IMG/VR virus record: IMGVR_UViG_3300045988_165698
Length of the DNA: 35,617 nt
Reading direction: 5' to 3' (one strand)
From: a virus
The notes beneath the pieces were generated by a model that searched no databases, was not told the DNA's origin, and saw nothing but the letters and a program-made list of their open reading frames with translations. A program made the position numbers and the translations under genes. Below are positions 1 through 7,216 of this stretch, piece by piece. Each line of letters begins with the position of its first letter. The first letter of the stretch is position 1.

Positions 1-105
1 TATGAGATAATAGAATACTTAAAAAGAAACAGTTCACAGGTTTATATGGCATATCCAGACACAAGGGATTATGAAAGAAAATTTGATATGATGCAAAATG
101 AATAG
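1..105 (+). CDS. C-terminal end of a host (or neighbouring element) protein, truncated by the window edge
   Basis: Open frame from base 1: YEIIEYLKRNSSQVYMAYPDTRDYERKFDMMQNE*, outside the prophage boundary. Confidence 0.5.
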   Translation, partial: YEIIEYLKRNSSQVYMAYPDTRDYERKFDMMQNE

Positions 106-123
106 AATTTTTATATGATAATA

Positions 124-145
124 TGGAGCGGGTAGTCGGAAACGA
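124..145 (+). repeat. Candidate attL (duplicated 3' end of tRNA-Gly)
   Basis: TGGAGCGGGTAGtcgGAAaCGA matches TGGAGCGGGTAGcgaGAAtCGA at 35409-35430 in direct orientation, 18 of 22 positions, first 12 identical. Confidence 0.6.
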
Positions 146-289
146 TATTGTCTTTTGTAACAAAATGCGTTGCAACTGTAAGTGTATCTCTTAATTCTAA
201 AAGCAAAAAATATTTTTTAATGCAATTTTAATGCAATTTGATAGCAGATATATATGAAATTGTGCAATAAAATAGCCAGTATATATGAT

Positions 290-520
290 TACCCGCTCCA
301 ATTTTTTGCATTTTATTATTTTGTATTAAATTATATTAATTCACAAAAAGGCTTAAATTAAAGTCTTTTTTTATTTGTGTATTTTATTGTTTTATAATTT
401 TTTCTATTATTTTTTATTATGCTTTTCAATATTTGCATTAAAACTGCATTAAAATTAAAAATATAATTGCATTAAAAAAATAAATTACATTAAAATAAGA
501 GGAGGCGTGATAGCTTCCTC
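290..520 (+). repeat. Left prophage-end arm, inverted relative to 35188-35419
   Basis: Reverse complement aligns with the right end; best block 425-491 versus 35219-35285 is about 64/67 identical. Starts at TACCCGCTCCA and contains several TGCATTAAAA motifs. Confidence 0.8.
499..520 (-). terminator. Hairpin downstream of the integrase gene
   Basis: GAGGAGGC/GCTTCCTC stem. Confidence 0.4.
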
Positions 521-558
521 TATTCATCAAATATTGCTAAGGTAATTACTTATAAAGA

Positions 559-1986
559 CTAGACTAAATCATTTGGAATGGTATAATCAAAATGGAGATG
601 TTGTTCTTTATAGTAATTTCTACAATCTTGAAGTTGTTTATTTCTATATCGAGCTAGAATATGCCCATAGGTTTCTTTTATTTGTCTATCATCTGAATGT
701 CCTAATATTGCTGCAATGACAAGTAGATCCATTCCTGCTTCAAGCATTCGTGTTGTTGCAGTATGTCTACACATATGTATATGGCAACCTTTTATAAGTT
801 CTGTTTTTATTTGAGCTTCTCTACAAATCCTTTTAAAAATATTATTAATACAACGAGTGTCTATATAATTACCGTTAAGTTGACAAAATAATAAATTGTT
901 TTTGTTGTTTGGATTTAATTTGGCATTTTCTATTTGATTGGTTATTATTTTAAACATAAAGTCACTATCAAAAATATCAAATGGTATATGTCTTTCATCT
1001 ATTAAACCTTGTTGTGTTTTTTTTCGACCGGTTTTTGTGGAAGTACCCATGACGATCTTTCCGTCATCACGCGAAAGAGTTTTATTTATGATGAGTCCTC
1101 TATTCTTTAAATCAATGTCTGTATTGAAATTTATGGCTCCTAATTCTCCAATTCTTGCAGCAGAAAGAAGTGCACAGAGAAATAGGTTTCGTAATGTTGT
1201 TTCATTATAATTACATTTAGAACTTTTTATTAAAGAATTATGAAGTAAATAATCCATTAATTTTTGCTGTTCATCAACCTCAAAGGCTTGTACAGGTTCC
1301 TTATGCTGATTAGATACAGGTGGATAAATTCGCAACATAGGGTTGTCTGGATATGAAATAATTTTATCCATTACACATTGCATAAATCCGTTTTTTAATT
1401 TTGCTATGATTTTATCTATTTCACCTTGTGACAAATGTCTAATCGAGTTGAGAAAATTTTGGACTTGATTATATGTTACTTTTTGTACTGGCTGTTTAAA
1501 ATCATCCCACTTTTCAATATATTTATAGTGATATTCGTCTTTATCTTTGGTGTTTTTTATAATTTTGCCAGCCTCAAATTTGGTATCTCCTATTTTTTTT
1601 AGGATTTCAATTATCGTTATACCATTCTTTTTTATATATGTTTTTGTTTGAATTTGAGCTTCAACTTCTTTTTTTCGTTCAATAGATTCCACTCTACTAT
1701 TAGCATTAGATACAGTTGTTCTAGAACCATCGTCAAGCGTGATTTGAGCAGGGTATCGGTTATAACAATAAAATCTATCACATGTTCCTTTTTTCAAACA
1801 AGCAGTACAGTCGGTACATTTTTTACATTTGTATGTTCCAGATCTATTATTACAGATAGACCAATCATTGCAGTTCTTACAAGTATTACATACAAAGTTT
1901 AATCTTTTTTCTTTTCTATCAATTTTTTGAATAGTATTATAAATACTTCCTTCTTTGTTTCCTTTTCTTCCAAATTTTTTAGGCAT
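559..1986 (-). CDS. int: Tyrosine-type site-specific integrase with a Cys-rich N-terminal domain
   Basis: C-terminal catalytic motifs ARIGELGA, HMCRHTATTRML, LGHSDDRQIKETYGH; N-terminal cluster with 10 Cys; located at prophage end. Confidence 0.9.
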   Translation of the reverse strand: MPKKFGRKGNKEGSIYNTIQKIDRKEKRLNFVCNTCKNCNDWSICNNRSGTYKCKKCTDCTACLKKGTCDRFYCYNRYPAQITLDDGSRTTVSNANSRVESIERKKEVEAQIQTKTYIKKNGITIIEILKKIGDTKFEAGKIIKNTKDKDEYHYKYIEKWDDFKQPVQKVTYNQVQNFLNSIRHLSQGEIDKIIAKLKNGFMQCVMDKIISYPDNPMLRIYPPVSNQHKEPVQAFEVDEQQKLMDYLLHNSLIKSSKCNYNETTLRNLFLCALLSAARIGELGAINFNTDIDLKNRGLIINKTLSRDDGKIVMGTSTKTGRKKTQQGLIDERHIPFDIFDSDFMFKIITNQIENAKLNPNNKNNLLFCQLNGNYIDTRCINNIFKRICREAQIKTELIKGCHIHMCRHTATTRMLEAGMDLLVIAAILGHSDDRQIKETYGHILARYRNKQLQDCRNYYKEQHLHFDYTIPNDLV

Positions 1987-1993
1987 AATAAAC

Positions 1994-2035
1994 CTCCATT
2001 TTCAAATATTTTTTATTAAACACTTGAAAATGGAG
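1994..2035 (-). promoter_or_regulatory. Hairpin in the integrase mRNA leader that can sequester the SD
   Basis: Perfect 12-bp arms CTCCATTTTCAA (1994-2005) and TTGAAAATGGAG (2024-2035); minus-strand SD GGAGG lies in the start-proximal arm. Confidence 0.7.
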
Positions 2036-2040
2036 TTTAG

Positions 2041-2057
2041 TTTGTATATAATACAAA
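2041..2057. promoter_or_regulatory. Operator-like palindrome upstream of int
   Basis: TTTGTAT-ATA-ATACAAA, perfect 7-3-7 inverted repeat. Confidence 0.4.
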
Positions 2058-2227
2058 TGTAGTCACTTTCGAGTGTCTATGATGGGGAAAATAAATGTAT
2101 CGAGTCGTGGTTGGTTTGAACATCTATTTTCCTTTTTTATATATTAGACTAATATGTCACTTCATTGGCATAAAAGATAGTTAATCATGTGTTTATTATT
2201 GTTCTTTTGAATTTTAAGATTTTTAAA

Positions 2228-2719
2228 TTATTTCAACCTATTTAGTAAATCAATGAGAGCTTCATCTTCAGAATTATTATTTATAACAATTTGTCTTAAT
2301 TCATTATCGAGATTAAAGTCATCTAATGAATAATCTTTTATACTTTCATATTCAGCTTTACTTGCAAATATACTAAATGCAAGGCAGGGAAGGAATGCTA
2401 AAATAAGAGTTGCTATAAATGCATATTCCATATTATTTATAAAAAGGGATAATAATATTATTGCTATGATAGATATTAAAAGATATAATGTAAAAAAATG
2501 AGATATTGTACTGAAAATAAAACATTTTTTTACTCTTTTTTGATCATTATAGTTCATATTGGAATATAGTTTTTTGCCGGTTGAATATATTTTTTTACAA
2601 TGAGGGCATCTTTCATAAGGAAGGCCAACATACTGAGAGTAATCTCCTAATCCTGTACGAACTAATGTATATAAGGATTTTCCACAATGTGGACATCTTG
2701 CACTTTTATAAGTAGACAT
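2228..2719 (-). CDS. Zinc-ribbon plus two-TM membrane protein, function unknown (possible lysogeny/exclusion gene)
   Basis: N-terminal ARCPHCGK...ERCPHCKK CxxC pairs; two hydrophobic segments; sits beside the repressor on the same strand. Confidence 0.6.
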   Translation of the reverse strand: MSTYKSARCPHCGKSLYTLVRTGLGDYSQYVGLPYERCPHCKKIYSTGKKLYSNMNYNDQKRVKKCFIFSTISHFFTLYLLISIIAIILLSLFINNMEYAFIATLILAFLPCLAFSIFASKAEYESIKDYSLDDFNLDNELRQIVINNNSEDEALIDLLNRLK

Positions 2720-2734
2720 ATTATTATCATTCCT

Positions 2735-3109
2735 TTATTTGTTTTTTGATTTCTTTTTATTTCTAATAAATTCAACAAACCTATTTATTTCTTCCATTTC
2801 ATCTTTGTCAAGGCCATCTGTATTTATTCCACTTTGAGTTGCATAGCGAAAATCATTCTTGAGTGTTGTAGGTGGAGTTTTTTCCATTGGAACATCATAT
2901 CCCATAAGCCAAGCGGGATTTACATTATATAAATTTGCTAATGTTTCTAATACTGGAATTTTAAATTTTTCGGTATTTCCTCTTTCCCATCTTAAAACAG
3001 TACTTTTATGTACTCCGACTGCCTCTCCAGCTTTTTCAAGGCTTATATCTCTTAATTCGCGAGCGTATTTTAATCTAGCTCCAACTTTTTCATAAATAAT
3101 TTCTTTCAT
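2735..3109 (-). CDS. CI-like HTH repressor (XRE family)
   Basis: GARLKYARELRDISLEKAGEAVGVHKSTVLRWERG HTH; divergent from the next HTH gene. Confidence 0.85.
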   Translation of the reverse strand: MKEIIYEKVGARLKYARELRDISLEKAGEAVGVHKSTVLRWERGNTEKFKIPVLETLANLYNVNPAWLMGYDVPMEKTPPTTLKNDFRYATQSGINTDGLDKDEMEEINRFVEFIRNKKKSKNK

Positions 3110-3153
3110 ATTTAAAATCTCCTAATTGCCTATATTATAACATAATTTACAAC

Positions 3154-3254
3154 TTTTGCAACAATTATTGCAGAAAATATAAAAAAAGTTGCAAAAATGT
3201 ATTGACAATAAAAAAATATAATGTATAATGATATCGAAGTTGCAAAAATGCAAC
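3154..3254. promoter_or_regulatory. Lysogeny/lysis switch region: rightward promoter and repeated operator half-sites
   Basis: TTGACA 3202-3207, 16 nt, TATAAT 3224-3229; GTTGCAAAA copies at 3188 and 3239 (+) and 3154-3162 (inverted); full palindrome GTTGCAaaaaTGCAAC 3239-3254. Confidence 0.7.
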
Positions 3255-3271
3255 CAAAAGGAGATGAAAAA

Positions 3272-3502
3272 ATGATTAATACATCAAAATTAAGAGGAAG
3301 AATTGTGGAAAAGGGAAAAACTATACAGGCTATAGCACCAAAAATACCTTGTACGCCATATGTCCTAGGGCAAAAAATTGCAAATGAAAGACCTATGAAA
3401 ATTGAAGAAGCAACGATTTTGGCAAATGAACTAGATATAGGCGATAATGAAATAGTAGAATATTTTTTTTATGATAGAAGTTGCATAAATGCAACAAAAT
3501 AA
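3272..3502 (+). CDS. Cro-like HTH regulator
   Basis: MINTSKLRGRIVEKGKTIQAIAPKIPCTPYVLGQKIANERPMKIEEATILANEL; AAAGGAG SD upstream. The track start at 3221 overlaps the -10 box, so 3272 is preferred. Confidence 0.75.
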   Translation: MINTSKLRGRIVEKGKTIQAIAPKIPCTPYVLGQKIANERPMKIEEATILANELDIGDNEIVEYFFYDRSCINATK

Positions 3503-3538
3503 CCACGGCTCGATACTAAGAAGAAGGGAGATGAGAAT

Positions 3539-3676
3539 ATGGAAGAAGAAACATTAAAAATAATTAATAAAAAGATTAGAGATTTAATACAAGAGGGAAG
3601 TGTATCAGCAAACCAAATGGCACTGGAATTAATAAATGCAATAAATAATCCGCTTATTGGAGGTAAAGCGGATTAA
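3539..3676 (+). CDS. Small early phage protein, 45 aa
   Basis: MEEETLKIINKKIRDLIQEGSVSANQMALELINAINNPLIGGKAD* with plausible upstream purine-rich SD; not in ORF track. Confidence 0.5.
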   Translation: MEEETLKIINKKIRDLIQEGSVSANQMALELINAINNPLIGGKAD

Positions 3677-3684
3677 TTAAAAGA

Positions 3685-3834
3685 TTATTTGTTTAATTCT
3701 TTTATTTTGTTAAAAATAATTTCGTAGCTTTCTGCAACTTTTTCTGCAAGCTCTGTATCGCTACCATACATTGTTGTATGTTGATTACCAATCAATGCTA
3801 CGAGAATATCTTTAGCTATTTCAGCATTAGACAT
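3685..3834 (-). CDS. Small phage protein, 49 aa, on the opposite strand to its neighbours
   Basis: MSNAEIAKDILVALIGNQHTTMYGSDTELAEKVAESYEIIFNKIKELNK*; SD-like AAAGGTGGTG upstream on the minus strand; not in ORF track. Confidence 0.5.
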   Translation of the reverse strand: MSNAEIAKDILVALIGNQHTTMYGSDTELAEKVAESYEIIFNKIKELNK

Positions 3835-3918
3835 AAAAACACCACCTTTCGTAAAAAGATAGACTGATTATATAACGAAATAAAACGAAAAACAAGGTAA
3901 TGGAAAGAGAGGAAGAAA

Positions 3919-4173
3919 ATGAATGCAAGACAAGAAGTTACTATGAATTGGAAGGATGCTCCAGATACAATAAATCCAATTATATATTCAAAAATAAGAG
4001 GAGTAAGTCCGCAAAAAGCAAGAGAGATTTTTAATAGTAAAGGGTTTCCAAGGTTGAAGGGGACCGGAACCAAACAATTAGCAGATAAAAGAGCTGTCTA
4101 TCTATATGAAATAGGATTATCAGAAGAAGACAGAAGAGAAGTATTAAAAGAAATTGCAAGACAAATTATTTAG
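3919..4173 (+). CDS. HTH DNA-binding protein, possible early regulator or excisionase-like
   Basis: IYSKIRGVSPQKAREIFNSKGFPRLKG pattern. Confidence 0.5.
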   Translation: MNARQEVTMNWKDAPDTINPIIYSKIRGVSPQKAREIFNSKGFPRLKGTGTKQLADKRAVYLYEIGLSEEDRREVLKEIARQII

Positions 4174-4183
4174 AAAGGAGACT

Positions 4184-4351
4184 ATGCAGATGTACAGTAT
4201 ATTTGAAATATTATTTTTTATTTTATATTTTTCAATGAAGGCAGTAAGATTTACTTTATTTTTATTGATGATACAAATTGTTGTGTATAAATCAAGTGGA
4301 TTCAGTATTTATAAATTTATTATGAATAAATTGAATTTGTTATTAAGATAA
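4184..4351 (+). CDS. Small hydrophobic protein
   Basis: AAAGGAG SD then MQMYSIFEILFFILYFSMKAVRFTLFLLMIQIVVY. Confidence 0.5.
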   Translation: MQMYSIFEILFFILYFSMKAVRFTLFLLMIQIVVYKSSGFSIYKFIMNKLNLLLR

Positions 4352-4364
4352 GGAGAAAAGTGAG

Positions 4365-4610
4365 ATGTTATTTAACAAACTAAAAGAAAAGCGAAAAATG
4401 AAAAAGATTGACTTAGAATGTCAATGTCAAATGATGAAATTAGATCTAGGCAACAGAGAATATTTAATAAATGAACAATATCAAAGAATTGATAGAAAAC
4501 AAGCTTTTTTACTAAAAATATTAGATGAATGTAAGAATAATAGTTACAAGTCAATAAGTGAATTTAGAGCAAAAATAAAAGAGTTAGCAACGACTGGAAT
4601 CAAATACTAA
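4365..4610 (+). CDS. Small early phage protein
   Basis: 81-aa ORF in the early operon; SD upstream. Confidence 0.5.
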   Translation: MLFNKLKEKRKMKKIDLECQCQMMKLDLGNREYLINEQYQRIDRKQAFLLKILDECKNNSYKSISEFRAKIKELATTGIKY

Positions 4611-4622
4611 CTCATATCAACT

Positions 4623-4640
4623 GAATTTGTAAACAAATTC
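4623..4640. promoter_or_regulatory. Perfect palindrome upstream of the replication gene
   Basis: GAATTTGT-AA-ACAAATTC. Confidence 0.35.
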
Positions 4641-4688
4641 TTATTTATTATACAAATTTTTAGTAGAGAAGTCAAGAGAGGAGAAAAA

Positions 4689-5498
4689 ATGTTTGAGGAA
4701 CAACAGAAAACCACAACAATAGATTATGAAAAACAGCTCGATGCGTTCTATTCTTTAGTAGATTTCAGGCCATTGTCAACGAAGGCTATATCAATATACA
4801 ATTTTTTATTGCATATAGCCTACAAAACTGACTGGGCAGATGAATTTACTGCTGCTAATACTACAATCATGAGTAAACTTCGTTTGACTTTAAAAGAACT
4901 ACAGACAGCTCGAAATGAGTTAATTACGAAAAAGTACATAATTTACAAAAAGGGCAGTAATCAGAATAAAGCTCCGAAGTATTCAATTATCAGGCTTTAT
5001 GAAGAAAAAAACGGTATTTTGGGACAAGCAGAAGTAAGTGCAAAAGTATATGCAGAGGACAATGCAGAAGTACAAGCAACAGTAAAGACCGAGGGCAACA
5101 TTATTACTAAACTAAACTTATATTTTATATATATTATATATAATAAGGGCTCACAATTCAAAAACATTGCAGAAGCGGATAAAAAGGCTATTGTAGCAAT
5201 ATTGAAAAAACTGGAACTCTATATAGATGAGCCGACAATTTTAGAGTATATGACGGAAGAGCAATTGTTGGAATTAAAAATTCAATATTGGGTAATTAAA
5301 GAGCTGTATTTTAGTCCATATAAGATTTGTTTGAACTATTTAACTAGGCAAAGGTTTATGTTTAGATTTTTAAAGTCAAGAAAATATGTGCAAATACAAG
5401 ACACATACAAATTCTTGAATTATTGCATTAAAAGTTTTCAAGAGGATTTATATGCAAATAAAAAAGAGGTGGAAGCTGATGATAAAAAACAGAATTAA
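4689..5498 (+). CDS. DnaD-like phage replication initiation protein
   Basis: N-terminal winged-helix-like region and C-terminal VIKELYFSPYKICLNYLTRQRFMF region. Confidence 0.6.
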   Translation: MFEEQQKTTTIDYEKQLDAFYSLVDFRPLSTKAISIYNFLLHIAYKTDWADEFTAANTTIMSKLRLTLKELQTARNELITKKYIIYKKGSNQNKAPKYSIIRLYEEKNGILGQAEVSAKVYAEDNAEVQATVKTEGNIITKLNLYFIYIIYNKGSQFKNIAEADKKAIVAILKKLELYIDEPTILEYMTEEQLLELKIQYWVIKELYFSPYKICLNYLTRQRFMFRFLKSRKYVQIQDTYKFLNYCIKSFQEDLYANKKEVEADDKKQN

Positions 5499-5781
5499 TG
5501 AGTTGATTTTAAGAGAAAAACCAGAAAAGCAAATAAAATATTCTGAAAGTGCCGGGATAGCAAGACATTTATCTAATACACCTAAAACAAAACTATATGA
5601 GTATTATGTATGCGACAATTGTGGTTGTGAAATTAAAGTAGAAAAAAAATGGGAAGATAAAAAAGGTGGTTTGCTAATGATACCAAAAACACTTTCAAAA
5701 AAGAATAAGACATTTTGTATAGCAGTATGTTCAAAATGTTTAAACAAAGTTCTAAAAGAATTTGAAGATGAAAAATATTAG
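5479..5781 (+). CDS. Small protein with CxxC pairs
   Basis: YVCDNCGCEIKVEKK...FCIAVCSKCLNKV; overlaps the end of the preceding gene. Confidence 0.55.
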   Translation: MIKNRINELILREKPEKQIKYSESAGIARHLSNTPKTKLYEYYVCDNCGCEIKVEKKWEDKKGGLLMIPKTLSKKNKTFCIAVCSKCLNKVLKEFEDEKY

Positions 5782-5795
5782 GAGGATAAAAAGTT

Positions 5796-5996
5796 ATGGC
5801 GTTTGATTTAGATGATGATGAATTAAAGGCAACTAGAAAAATGAAAAAGCTAGATAAAATGTTGGAAGTAGGAGAATATGTAAGAACAACAGATGGAAGA
5901 ATTGACAAAGTAAAAAATCCTAAATTCGATGATCCACATTATATAGAATGTGAAAAAGGGCTTATACAAGAAAAAACAGAAGAGGTAAATATATGA
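5796..5996 (+). CDS. Small early phage protein
   Basis: 66-aa ORF; start follows AGGAGG-like SD; overlaps next start. Confidence 0.5.
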   Translation: MAFDLDDDELKATRKMKKLDKMLEVGEYVRTTDGRIDKVKNPKFDDPHYIECEKGLIQEKTEEVNI

Positions 5997-6541
5997 ATAT
6001 TGTAGAGCCAATTAGGAGCCAAGAAAAGGTAAAAGAGATTTATACATACTTAAAAGAAAAAAACGATAGAGATGCATTATTATTCCTTTTCGGTATATAT
6101 ACAGGACTAAGAATTTCAGATATCTTAAAGTTTAGAGTAAGAGATTGCTATAACAAATATTACGGAATAAGAGAAAAGAAAACCAAAAAACAAAAAACAT
6201 ATGATTGGAATCCGCATCTAAAAAAAGAGTTAGAAAAATATATAGCTGAAAAAGATCCAGATGAATTTTTATTTAAATCCCGTAAGGGGAAAAATCAAGC
6301 TATAACAAGAGAAAGAGCTTATACAATAATAAGAACTGCTTGTAATGATTGTGGAGTATATAATGTTGGGACACATACTTTACGAAAAACGTTTGGCTTG
6401 TTTTTATACGAACAATCGGAAAAAAATATAGGTATGCTTATGGATATATTTAACCATAGCAGTGAAAATATAACGTTAAGATATATAGGAATTACACAAG
6501 AAAAAAATAATAATGTTATGAAAAAAATGCGATATTTTTAA
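5993..6541 (+). CDS. Second, short tyrosine recombinase (catalytic domain only)
   Basis: YTGLRISDILK, HTLRKTFG, FNHSSENITLRYIGI motifs; 182 aa, no arm-binding domain visible. Confidence 0.85.
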   Translation: MNIVEPIRSQEKVKEIYTYLKEKNDRDALLFLFGIYTGLRISDILKFRVRDCYNKYYGIREKKTKKQKTYDWNPHLKKELEKYIAEKDPDEFLFKSRKGKNQAITRERAYTIIRTACNDCGVYNVGTHTLRKTFGLFLYEQSEKNIGMLMDIFNHSSENITLRYIGITQEKNNNVMKKMRYF

Positions 6542-6648
6542 ATAAAAGAATAATGAATGTAACATAAAATAACAACGTTATATTCAAAAGATGAGAGACA
6601 GCAAATTATATATACAAATATAGATTGGTAAAATTCGCGAAAGTAACA

Positions 6649-6670
6649 GAATATAAGATATGTTATATTC
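6649..6670. repeat. dif-like palindrome
   Basis: GAATATAA-gatatg-TTATATTC, perfect 8-6-8; related half-sites GAATGTAA 6555-6562 and TTATATTC 6578-6585. Confidence 0.45.
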
Positions 6671-6727
6671 AAGACCAAAAATATGTGCGACTATATTTAA
6701 AAATTTAGAAAGAGGGCAAATTAGAAT

Positions 6728-6940
6728 ATGAAAATAAGAAAAAATAAAGTAGATGCAGAAACATTAAAAACAATTTTAAAAGCTATAATGAGAAAAAAAG
6801 GAATAAAAGAAGTACAACTATTTTATAGTGATATAGCTAATGTTGAAGATGAGGAAGTGAGCATAAAACAATGGAAATCAGGAGTATACGGCGAAGAGAT
6901 AATTGATGTTGAATTTATAGAAAATAAAATCATAATATAG
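6728..6940 (+). CDS. Small early phage protein
   Basis: 70-aa ORF in the operon. Confidence 0.45.
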   Translation: MKIRKNKVDAETLKTILKAIMRKKGIKEVQLFYSDIANVEDEEVSIKQWKSGVYGEEIIDVEFIENKIII

Positions 6941-6949
6941 GAGAAAATA

Positions 6950-7081
6950 ATGGGATTAGATATTCATATAAAAGGATTAAAAAGAGAAGATACATATCAT
7001 GGTGGATATGTGAGATTTGGCAGTTATAGAATGGAAGTTGCTTTTATATACGATAACCCAGAGTTACTAGGAGAAAAATAG
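6950..7081 (+). CDS. Small protein, 43 aa
   Basis: MGLDIHIKGLKREDTYHGGYVRFGSYRMEVAFIYDNPELLGEK*, preceded by TAGGAG; not in ORF track. Confidence 0.5.
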   Translation: MGLDIHIKGLKREDTYHGGYVRFGSYRMEVAFIYDNPELLGEK

Positions 7082-7106
7082 TTATTTCAAAACAATAAAA
7101 CAGAAC

Positions 7107-7121
7107 ACCTACAAAGTAGGC
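7107..7121 (-). terminator. Hairpin just downstream of the minus-strand tRNA
   Basis: GCCTAC-TTT-GTAGGT on the minus strand, followed by GTTCTGTTTT. Confidence 0.45.
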
Positions 7122-7128
7122 GCTCAGT

Positions 7129-7210
7129 GGAGATGACGGGATTCGAACCCGCATGGATAATATCCGCCAGCTTGGTAAGCTGGTATGTCTACCAATTTCA
7201 TCACATCTCC
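7129..7210 (-). tRNA. tRNA-like gene: class II leucine-type body, anticodon ACC
   Basis: GGAGATG TG ATG AAATTGGTAG ACAT A CCAGC TTACCAA GCTGG CGGATATTATCCAT GCGGG TTCGAAT CCCGT CATCTCC; perfect 7-bp acceptor and 5-bp anticodon stems, extra arm, discriminator A, no encoded CCA. Confidence 0.85.
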
Positions 7211-7216
7211 AAAAAT

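Noticed and set aside
216-241. Short TTTTAATGCAATT repeats as a possible CRISPR
   Set aside because: No regular spacing with unique spacers and no cas genes; they fit integrase arm-type motifs.
938-1210. ORF on the + strand inside the integrase gene
   Set aside because: Antisense shadow of a strongly supported gene; no SD or recognisable motifs. The same applies to the other opposite-strand ORFs within large coding regions.
3221-3271. N-terminal extension MYNDIEVAKMQPKGDEK of the Cro-like gene
   Set aside because: Overlaps the -10 box and operator; ATG 3272 has the AAAGGAG SD at good spacing.
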